From Octopus vulgaris (taxonomy: Eukaryota), in assembly GCA_951406725.2 (NCBI GenBank), contig OX597815.1, positions 95,418,001 to 95,482,000 on the forward strand: a DNA stretch of 64,000 bases, written 5' to 3'. The notes below the pieces were generated by a model. It did no database searches and was not told where the DNA came from. It was given only the letters and a program-made list of their open reading frames with translations. Made by a program: the position numbers and the translations under genes. Positions 52,745 to 64,000 of this stretch are shown here, one piece after another. Position 1 is the stretch's first letter. Each line of letters opens with the position of its first letter.

Positions 52745-54500
52745 GCACATAGGTAAATTCAAGAACAAAAAGGAGACAACAATGAAAGTCAATTGGACGT
52801 GCACAGGAAATATATTAGACTTACGCGCGAGGAAGAGGCTGCAGGTATGGCTCTTAGTTGAATAAAGGAAAAAATGACCAGAGAAGATGAAATGGAGGAA
52901 GGTGTGGGTAACTCGGAGAAAAGCACGTGTGTCTTTAGATGGACAAATAATGACTAACTGAAAGTTGACGTTAGATAGAACATTAAGGCAGTAGACTGAA
53001 TAATTGCCTATTTGTGTTTGTGTGTGTGTGTGTGTGTGCGAGTTATGAGTCACGTGTTTGTTTATTAGTGAGTGCTGCGTGGGTTGTAGTATATGTGTAC
53101 ATTTATGTTTTTTCTTGAGTGTGTGTAAATGTCAGTCGCCGTAAGGTGCAGCATCAACAGAATGTGCATCGAAAGCCTGAAGGATGTGCGTTTGAGTTGC
53201 GAGTACAACACTGATTGTAAAGTATGTGTTTGCATGCGTATGTGCATATTTGTGTATGAGCAAGTATGTGTTTATGTGTTTGCGCGTGTATGTGTGTGTA
53301 CACAGGTACGTATATTTGTGCACATGAGGAGATTTTGGTTCATGCTTCTGATTATATGTAAACGTGTGTTTGGGGGAGGGGTAATGTATGTATGAAAGTG
53401 TGTAGAAGCTAAGTAGAGAGAGAAAGGGAGGGGCGAAACAGAGGAAACGAAATTGAGATTGGTGAGTGAGATGGATGTTGACACCTGTTACAAGAAAGAG
53501 TGGGTTGTTAAGTCGAAAAGTCGTATGCGTCCGTACTAAGAAGATATAGCGTTGCTCCTTGCGAAGCCTGGTTATAGTAAATTTGTTATGTATGGCCAAG
53601 TCGAACACTGAAGTGTTGGGTACATGAAATGCTGGGCAAAAGGATTATTTTTCATGAGATTGATATCCTATAGATGTTTGATAAATCCGTCAACTAGACG
53701 GCGGCCAGTCTGTTCAGCATACATATATCTTCAAAAAGTATATTTAATTCAATAAATGATATCAGATGCGGTGAATGAGGAAAAGGCAGAGATGTAAGCA
53801 GTATGTTGGTTCGTTCCTGTGAAGGAGGTGGTTTTGGTAATGAACGGACAGGTAGGGCAACGGGGTCTAGAGCAAGAGAGGATCCAATATAGGCGGGAGC
53901 GGAGGAAGGAATGATGCTACAGATCAATTAGTGGTGTAGTTTCTGGCGTGTTTGAAGGACACGTGCTAGGAGCAAAATGGAGACGTCGGAAGATCCGTAA
54001 GACTTTTTGACGAAGTGTAGCTTAGAGGGGAAAGGGGATGCAATTTAGAGCCAAGTTGAGATGAGTAGAGAGCGTAAAGATGCCGTCAATTTGGCGGGCA
54101 TTATTTTAAGCGGAATGGCAAGGATGGAGGATTATCAACAAAGAGTGAAAAGACGTGACAAATATTAAAATCTGAGTTACCAAAATCCTGGTCGACGCTA
54201 CTCAGTCTTCGAATACGACAGAATTGGGAGTAAGAGATGGCGCCTTTGGTTTACAAAGGGTAAGAAGAGGAAAATCGAGGAAGGGTAGGTTTAAAGTGAA
54301 TGTAAGTTTTGAGAAAGTGGACAAAGGGATCAGTAGAACGAAAGAGATGTCTAGAAAGTTGACAAAGTTGTCGGAAATGACAGAAATAAACTCAAGAGCG
54401 GAGTGGAAACTGGAAACGGAGACGAAATTACTTAGTTGTGCACGGGAAAAGTAGAAAGAACCAACGGGACAAATATTGTCTTTATTTGGACGATTTCTTT
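52745..54500 (-). mobile_element. Penelope-like element relic (RT thumb, GIY-YIG C-terminus, 3' region)
   Basis: Minus strand: SSFHSALEFISVISDNFVNFLDIS (PLE RT), KNNPFAQHF and RLRKEQRYIFLVRTHTTFRLN (typical PLE endonuclease C-terminus). Confidence 0.75.
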
Positions 54501-55548
54501 GAAATATCTTTACGAAACGATTCAAGCTTATGCTTTGATGATAATATGAGGATTAGATGGAAATGAATCCAAAGTTTTCTTCCATAGTTACTAAGGAAAT
54601 CAAAATCCCATCAATTATGTTCTAATATTATTTTCTCCATTGCATAACTATTACATAACCCCTTTACCTACCATGTTTTATGGGAAAGGTAAATCTCTAT
54701 TTGATTTCTGAACAATTTGCTTTTATTTCTTCCATCATTGATTTCATGATCACTAGTTCAACAAGAATTGAGAAGGTCACGGTTTTCTGACATGTCTCAA
54801 CAGTTTACGTTGTATCGTCTGCAGCATATTCATTTCTCGTCAGATAGTTAATGCGTCCTGCAAGAAGCATGTAAAATACCAACTGCATTTCAAGCGGGTG
54901 ACAAATACAATGCCATTAGTTCTATGAAATCATATACCCGTAAGCGAATAAAATTCGGAATCTTATTGTATCACATATCATAACACTCATTTACATGAAG
55001 TGCTTCAGTTTCTTCTCGTTTAAAAGACTTTATATTCAAATGACACCAGTCGGCAATTGACTGTTGTGTTTCTCAACACATAAAAACATTATAAAATATA
55101 TTACTGCATTGTAATAACGATAATGTTACTGGATAGAAGAAAGCAAAAAAAAAAAAATTAAAAAAATCGAAAAAAGAAAGAAACATTTCACACATGTTAT
55201 AGCTGTCTTGACATGAGATAAAAATTTATAAATTTCTGTTTCTGATTTATTTCTTGGTAACTGTGGTGTAACATTGAACTGGTTATAATTTGAATTAGAA
55301 TTACAGAAAAATAAAAGATTAAGTATTAAAAGCAACTGTTTTTAGATTGTTTCCCCATTTTCTTCAGAAAGTAGGATTTTTTAAAGCAAGAAATAGAAAC
55401 AAATGGTGTGTGCCTTTTGATATGTAAAACACTAATTTAGCGATATATAAACTTGCCGCTGTCTTTTGGAATTTATTGGCTGCTCGACATAAATACATAC
55501 ATATGTATATACATACACACATATATACATACATACATACTACACACT

Positions 55549-55609
<61 letters not shown>

Positions 55610-55649
55610 ATATATAGAAATGTATATATATATATACATACATGTACAA

Positions 55650-55697
<48 letters not shown>

Positions 55698-56340
55698 ATA
55701 AATGGAATTAAAGAGAGAAGTTGAGAGGGAATGAGAGACGTCTATAAATTATGTATAATATATATGTCAGTGTGTATGTGCTTCTTTATATCATTTATAT
55801 GTGCGATTATGCGAGTTTCCCATTTTATATCATAATAAATAAAATGAGTGCAGGAGACCAGATTAGGAAATTTGATTTTCCTTAAAGATATACCTGTTTT
55901 CTGACAGTAATGATACAATTACAAGTTAACAACAGAAGCTGTATGGAAAAGAAAATATTTTATGTCTCAGAGTATATTGAAGAATAAATTCTTGAATGAA
56001 ATCGCATAAATTACGATTAAATGTAGTTCAATATTTTTTTCAGGGTGATTTATAAATCAATGTCTCCCATCTACCTACACTAATATCTCAATGGAATATA
56101 CAATGAGAAAAAGGTAAAATATTTGATTTGATGATTTTTTTTTCATCTGCATGTTATTATGAATGTTACATTATAACAACAGCCGACAACAACTGAAATA
56201 ATAGCAACAATAGCAACTATAATGGTGATGCCGCTTCTGTTGATGATGATGATGATAATGGTTATGTTGGTGATGATGAGGATGACGATGATAAATATTT
56301 CTACAATTGGTATAAGGCATGATATTCTTGGCGTGGAGGC

Positions 56341-56408
56341 TAGTCGATTACATCAACTCCAGTCGATTACATCAACTCCAGTCGATTATAACAACAACAA
56401 CAACGACG

Positions 56409-56490
<82 letters not shown>
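56341..56490. repeat. 19-bp tandem duplication followed by (AAC)n(AAT)n
   Basis: AGTCGATTACATCAACTCC repeated ~2.5 times inside a family A SINE tail relic, then trinucleotide tracts. Confidence 0.9.
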
Positions 56491-56491
<1 letters not shown>

Positions 56492-57149
56492 CCCTCTATA
56501 GAAATATGTGCTTATAAATTTTTACATAAGCTTATACCTACGAATATATATATAGGAATAAGGAAAATGGAAATTAAAATTATTTGAGGATGAGATGAAG
56601 TTGGGAATAAACAAAGTTTGTTGTCAGGGCACTATACTGTAATCATATTAAATATTTGATAAAATTATCAATAATATAGATTAAATAACACATACATAAT
56701 AATATTGCGTAAAATATATTAAAACAATAACAAATGATAACTCTAGTTTAAATAAGCATCACTTATTTGAGAAACCACCATCTTTTGAGATACGTATATG
56801 CACCAGAAGAAATTCGAACCCTGCCGCCCATTTAAATGCTAATATCATAGGGATCCTGTTAGAAATTTTAGGTTATATATATATTCATATATATATATTC
56901 ATATATTAGCCCTAAAAAACACAAGTAATACGACAGTTATGGGCATTCTTATTGTTTTAGTAATGATTCATAATTATATTATCATAAAATGGTGTATGAA
57001 GAAGACTAGATAGCGAAATGAGAAAAAAACAAAACAATAAATGTTTTATATACAGCATAGAACAATTAGGCTTTCTATTAGAAGAAATATTTTACTTACA
57101 GTATCTGATAATAACGATGGGTAGGGAATGACAATAGACCGCAATTATT

Positions 57150-57700
57150 TTCTTTAAACAATAATATAAAAGAGAGGATCAGCTAACGTAGGTTAGTTTG
57201 GAAGAGAACATCAACAAAAAATGTATAAATTCTAAAGCCCAAAAGAAGTATGACATTTAAGGGTAATGATGTTAATATCTGTTAAAGAAGAAAATGACAT
57301 GATCAACAACAGTAAAGACCGAGCTGAAATACTCCAAGTGATGCATAACAGTTCTGTTTTACAGAAAATACCAAAGTCTTTCCACCAGACCTGAATATAG
57401 CATATAATAAAACAGTTAATAAAACAATTGTAGAATGAATGAAAATTGTGAAAGCAACCACAGGAATTTTTAGCACTGCATTGGTAGTATAGGGAAGTAT
57501 ATATAAATGCACCGACCGAAAACATTTGATAAAAACACACTCTGCAGAATCTTGAGAAAACGTGCGTAGTCATGCTTTCGTCAATTAATACAGATTTATA
57601 ATCTAGATTACATTCGCATGGGGAAAATGGTTCCCTAATAGAAATATCGATTCCATTGAGCTGCAATAATTTTATAAAGCATATTATATTATCCATGTAA
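57150..57700 (+). mobile_element. Possible CR1-like LINE relic
   Basis: KDRAEIL followed (after a frameshift) by SVFTE-like sequence at ~57315-57370, resembling the linker upstream of CR1-group RT domains. Weak. Confidence 0.4.
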
Positions 57701-59199
57701 ATACATACATACACATGCATTAACGAAACATCATACGAAAATGCTGTAAATAAAGATAGACTGTCCCCAAAATACTACAGCAGGTGGAAGAAAAGAATAG
57801 GAGGAACGAGAAAGATGGAATATGGTATAAAATAAAGAAAAAAGAGAGAAAAGAACAGCGCTGAGTGGTTAGGAGCCAGGACGAGGAAGAATAAGAAGTG
57901 AGAAGGTGTGGCGTGTGTGCATGGTAGCGGCACGGCGATGCTTTGAGATAACCATAATTGGGAGAGATGAAGGGGGTTTTAAGGGTTGTATGTATATATT
58001 TAAAAGTATGAGCTAAAAGGGAAGGCAAAAGGAATGAAACCATGTGGTAGAAGTTTGAGTGGCTGTTGCATAAATGGGAAAGTATGAATAAGGGAACATG
58101 TCATTCTTGTGGTGTCATGTTTACATCGTTTTTAAAAAATTTTTATTTACATGCTTTTAACACATGCGTGCCTCTTAATTATATTTCACACACCTTGAAC
58201 TGCACAGCTTTCATTAATCTTCATCACATATTTTCTTCCTTTTGTCTTCATTCTTTAGTCTCCCTAATTTATTTATAAACATTTACTTTTCTCCTTTTCC
58301 TCTTTTCTTCTACAGTTTCGCGCTTCTGGCTCCTAAATTACCGCTGGCTTTTTCCTTATTTGTATTCGGCTCAACCACAGTTTTTTTTCCCCTTTTAGTC
58401 CTCTAGTGTTTTCTTCTTATGAAAGACTTGCAGGCGAAACGTTGAAGCATTTTGCCTTTCTTTTCATCTTTAAGATAATGCAATATTTGTTAAAACTTGT
58501 CCCTCATGTGTTCACAGATTTTTGATTGTGTTCATTACAACTGCTATATATAAATGCTAACGTGAATACCAAGGGATTTGAGATACATTTGACGATTTTT
58601 ACGTCGATCTATTAGTGAACTGTCAACAGCATTTCAAGGAATAAAGCTGAAAGTTGTAGTTGACAAAATGCTATAACATGGACGATAGGAACCATCTGAA
58701 TATTGGAAAAGAATTAGCTGTTTCATGATGATTCGCACCGGGTATCAAAATGGTTACATTATAAGTGCACCTGAATGCTCTGGGAATGCTGTAAACGCTG
58801 TAGCATGTGATATAGATAGCTGCAGCAGATACTGAATTGCCATATGCAGTAGGACGGGTCACAGGAGGTGTTTTGACTGCGTCCACACACCGGAGATCTT
58901 CCACTTTGAATAAGGCCTATACAAAGCTACCAAAATCTGTAGTTGAATATAACTACTGCTAGAAAGCTATACGTGTGGAAGCAGGAATCGGTTCCTTTCC
59001 ATATCTCCGGAAAAAAGCCAGCAGTTACCGGATAATCTCTACGACTTCCGAAGTTCCAATATCTGGAGTCCTATATAAAGCCTGCATTTCGTTTTCCTCA
59101 TCTTTACACTACATTATCAACGTAATTATAAATAAATGTGGGTATATACATATGTATGTATATATGTATGTTTATACATATATACATATATATATATAC

Positions 59200-59405
59200 A
59201 CAGGGAGAGTTTACGACAAAAGAACAAAAGACGAAGACAGATGGTGTACAAAACAAACAGATGTATTATTATAACGCTCAGGAATAGTAAAAGTATTTTA
59301 CGTTTCGAGCCTATGCTCTTCTACAGAAAGGGACACAGACAAAAAAAAAGAGATAAACAATGAGAGAAAAAATGTGTGTAGTGGCTAACGATCCATCATG
59401 GCGAC
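59200..59405 (-). mobile_element. Short PLE-type terminal fragment with a hammerhead-like motif (59296-59330)
   Basis: Minus strand: CUUU-CUGUAGA-A-GAGC(auag)GCUC-GAAACGUA-AAA. Core A6 is U. Flanked by (TA)n on both sides. Confidence 0.55.
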
Positions 59406-59418
59406 TATATATATATAT

Positions 59419-59487
<69 letters not shown>

Positions 59488-62400
59488 CTCGTGTATATGC
59501 TCGCGCGCGTATATATGTATACATGTACACAACTGTGGTTAATATTCTGAGGCAAGTTTAAAAGCAAAGGAATATTTACTGATTGACAAGTATGGGGACT
59601 AAATACTGAGAGGAAATATATGTTTACTGTTAAACGGTTCTCATGATGCAATCCGTCAACACACGAAAATCAAAAAGCAAAAATTTGAAGTAAATAATGT
59701 TATTAGGATTAATATTTCTTCTGTGCCGTAAAAAAATTAAATGAGAGCCATTAAGATTAATAGTAAATCAATTGTCGTCAGTAGATGATAAGGAAATGCA
59801 AAATCTCCTATTATTGATGTAGAAGTTGTAACGGAATGTGAAAAACACAAACAGATGGATCAGATCTCAAACTTATATTATCATTGTTTGAGAGGAGCAT
59901 AATGAGAAATAATGAAAAAACTATACAAACTCAAATATCGTAGTCCAGAAACAATATTTTCAATTTTCTATATGTTATATGGAACAGCTGAATGGTTCTA
60001 CACGTAGATCAACAGAAATCTCTTATCAGAAAATGTTCCATTTCTAGTCTGCAAATATGCGCGGACAAAGTATAACAAATTGATTAATAGATTCAGAGTA
60101 AATTTAGTGCTAATACATTCAAAATATCTGATACTACAAATATTGACTGAACTACTCAGTGTTTAGAATGGTAAACAAAGCATGTGTGCTGTGGGTAAAG
60201 TGGACTCGTTTTTCCTGAATAGCTAACTAACATATATCAAACCTACAAGGACTAGAGTAAGACATCATATAATAATATTCCTGAATACATGCCTAAATAA
60301 ACGATCAAAGAAACATAGATTATGATATATGGCTCTATTCATATATTTCCATAATAATATACGTTAAAATCAAATGATATGATGAAAATTGTAGTCTTGG
60401 CTAATGCCAACAGCAAAGTCTTTGATCGTAAGTCAGCTCGATTTGTCGTATGAACAATAACAATCATATAACGGAAGTAAAAGATAATTTTTATGAACTG
60501 AACCGATAAGACTTAATTCAGAAAGATCTGTAAGATGAAAATAACTCGTTCTAATTATTTAGAACCTATTTTAAATTTAAATTTCCATGGAATAGTAAAT
60601 CAATATTTGCTATTTGTACTAAATTATAAATTTAAATATGAAATATCAATTGAAACGTGGAAGAAGTATGATTTTTGAAAGTCGCTTAAATATAACTTAG
60701 AAATTGAAGAAAAAGCATTCGCAGTCATATATAAGCTTCTTCGGTTACTAGGAAGATACTGCTTCCTAGTCACCGGCAACACTTTGATAATAGTACTGTT
60801 GATGATATTCTTAATGAATATGAAGAACTGAAGAAGTAGGCAAGCGTGGGATCGCTTGACAAGTGGAAACGTACAATGAGGCAACTGAAGATATATAACG
60901 GATGCATTTAGATGATCATTGGAATATAAGTGTCTCACCTGAGTGTGAGGTACCCCGCAGCGATGTTGCGGGATATTGATTTTATCTAAGTTGAAATTTA
61001 GTCACTAATAGTTGGAACTTCCCGTCACAGTTCGCCGCATCTTTAATATCGTAGGCTAAAATAAGCCTGTTGTGACCAGTCTGCTAATCGCATTAACCGG
61101 TAAGTGCCTCACTGCCGCAAGCGATGAATTTGTAGAGATATTTGAGATAAAATGTTACTAGGTGAAACGTAGCTTTTCAGAAGTTGTCCTGAAATGGAAT
61201 TGTCAGACACTCTAACATGGCAAACGTTTCAACCTAATAACTATAGACAATAAAAATATCTGTAAATGTATTATTTTGCAAAAATCATTTTATTGCATTT
61301 TTAATGTTGAAAGAATGTATTAGAAATATACCTACATATGAGGATTGGAGATAGCGATACTGATGTTCTATAGTCACCTCTATAATGTACTTTTAAAAGC
61401 AATTTTAAACTTCATTATGGAGGTACGTGAGGAATTCAGATATTTCACCACTCAACCACTGATCTAGCGAGTTTATAACTACGCTTATGACTTAAAAAAA
61501 GGGATGTTTATTTTGTCAGTAAATAATGAATGTGTGCGGGAGAAAAGGATGGTTAGGGAGAGCGAATTTTTGAGGGTGCCACTATGCAAAAGGAAAATAA
61601 ATATCGTATTTTGACAAACATTTAAAATACATTTCATTACATTTATAAGATATTAAAAGATAATAGATAGGAGAATATATACTAAGGATACATGAAATAT
61701 ATTAAAGATGAATTGCTGCTGAAAATAATTGGTTGGCAGTGCTGTGTAGATGGAAATGAACCCTGAGAAAACGTACGAACAAAAGGTTTTTAATCCTAAT
61801 AACTTTGCCGATACTTCAGCCACATCTAATGGATCCCAAATGCGCATATTAGTTCAATCTGTTCAGCATTTCTAAAACGACGAGTGAAAGTACACAAACA
61901 TTCTCATCCGACAAAATTCTAGAAGTAGAATTTCAGGATTAAGGAGGAAATAGATTTAAAATGAGGAGAATTGAAAATAAACACCGAAAATGTAAAATAA
62001 ATCAGAGATGAACAAAGATATACACGAATGCGAATCTCTCTGTCCCTAAAGAAGTAAAAATAATTCTCTGCAATCGTAAATTCGGCAGGAATGCACAGGC
62101 ATCACTTGTGGATTTAGTTTTGGAAACGACTACTTCTACACCCTAAACTATGCAACAAAATTCCTCAGACGTATTCTTGAGCATCAAATGAAATGAAATC
62201 ATGTAAAGTTAAAAACTTCAGAATTTTTGCTTTTATATTTGTCAGAATATATATCGAACTTTATAATAACAGTGAATGTACACCACACTGGCATCAATAA
62301 TAATACCATGACGTGTGGTACATTAAAAACCATTGCCAAATAAAGAAATATCAACAGAGAGGAAGTAAAAGACGATAATCAATATGATATGGCTATCAAA

Positions 62401-64000
62401 AAATTAAGCAATAAAAACAAAGAACCATCTGAAGATTCACATGTTCATTCGGGCTGCCAAACTTCACAAACCCAACTCTGTGCCGTCCATCACAAATTAC
62501 CAATATGAGCTCTTGAACTTCATTTTCAGAAATACTAGTAAACATATACTTTGCAGGTTTTACCCAACATATTGCTGATATCGCCTGTAAGGATAGACGA
62601 CAGCGTTAACTCGTAATATATTACCTTAACTAAGTATCATTCAAATTATATATACATTAATATAGAAAGTTTCAATAGCTTTTCTCTAATGTTAAACAGC
62701 ACAATTGTATCTGTCACAAAATGAAACCTAAGACAACGCTGCACTGCTACTGTAAACAGAGTGGAGGAACAATGCAGTAACAAAGACATGCGAAATGAAT
62801 TGGCTTTTTAAAACAATGATGGATGTAGTTTCACTTTCAATCACTCAACTTTGGATAAGGTTATGGCATTTGTGTCCGCCTGGAGGTTGGATTCAAAGGA
62901 AAGAAAGCTTGCAAGAAAATACAAAGTTTAAGTAAAAGTACCGAGCCAAGAAGCCACTAGAATCATACTTTCAAAAAACAACTCCCATTAAACGCTGTTG
63001 TTCAAGCCTACATTACCAAATGCAGAGATTTCTGACCCTTGTATTTCATCGTGTAGGTTTGAAGAGGACTGAACTGAAAATATTTCAGCTCATTCCAATT
63101 TACCTAACACGAAATTGATTAAAATCTATGTATTGAAACAAAACACACTTAGAGTACCAGAAACGTATATGTAATTATTATGTATGTATAGTCATACTTA
63201 TTCAATTTAAATCAAACATCAGAACAGTGTCAAGTGTAGAATACATTACACATATTTTTAATCAAATTTTTTGTCCCAAATATTCTATATTGCTTTATAA
63301 TCTCATTTAATCAAATTAGCATTTACAATCGTAAGAAAATTACACTGGCTGCTCCCTGTCGGGCTTCTGTAATTTATAGTATGAAATGAATTCTGATCAT
63401 CAAGAAAGTAAATGCCAATATAGATATGAAGAAAATCGTAAATGTGATATACTTACTGGATATATAATTTTCTATTTCCTATTGTTTCTTATATGATGTG
63501 CACTCTTAATTTTCATAGGTGTTCACTTAGTACCATGATGTATCACCTAAAAGACGGAACTTTGAAGCGCATGCAGTGTTATACATATGTGACTGCCTGC
63601 GATACAAAAGAAAACAAAAACATGCTGTTTTGTCGAGTGTAGTTGCCTTCATTGATATACAGGAAAGCCGTCCATTATGTATTTTATATAAAATTATAAT
63701 AAATGTCATATCATACAATAAATAGAATTATCACGAAGTCTGTCAGTTGCTGTATAATCTTGATTTTATTATAATTCTTCAAATCCCAATCCAATTAAAC
63801 TAATGTTCTCTACTGATAATTCTTTGCTTTATGTCAACATACTGCACTTCAGTAATTAGAGTTGGTAGCGAGACGGAAAAAATCGCGAAATTGAGCACGC
63901 TTAAAGCAGAATAGGTAATATTTAAAATTGCATCAAATATCAGATGTAAATATAGTAACCTGAAACGGTACCATTTATGAAAGATAATTTGATTTTCTCG

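Noticed and set aside
60822-60880. CUGAAGA...GAAACGUA as a hammerhead
   Set aside because: No stem I pairing, and the base of stem II is unpaired.
59700-63100. Decayed hAT-like transposase
   Set aside because: Only faint motif hints; too degraded to support without a profile search.

Overview
AT-rich, repeat-saturated eukaryotic DNA (intergenic or intronic). The SINE families and microsatellite load are most consistent with an Octopus-type cephalopod genome (inference). I found no host protein-coding gene, rRNA, tRNA gene or CRISPR array, and almost every ORF in the track is a microsatellite translation or a transposon fragment. The window contains: a near full-length but disrupted RTE-clade LINE (18.6-21.9 kb, minus); Penelope-like element (PLE) relics with RT and GIY-YIG motifs; two R4/Dong-type restriction-like-endonuclease LINE fragments; CR1-like relics; a DD37D (maT) transposase relic; several tRNA-derived SINE families; a Helitron-type 3' end; and a 9-copy minisatellite with a 364-bp higher-order unit. 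The most interesting signal, invisible in the ORF track, is a set of type I hammerhead ribozyme motifs in PLE-type termini. Two have complete cores (1980-2066 and 30112-30179, both minus strand) and several are decayed. One cluster at 30.1-31.3 kb carries hammerheads of both polarities in tandem and inverted repeats. Hammerheads in PLE termini are a known class, so I do not claim a new system, only testable candidates. Coordinates were read by eye and element boundaries are approximate.
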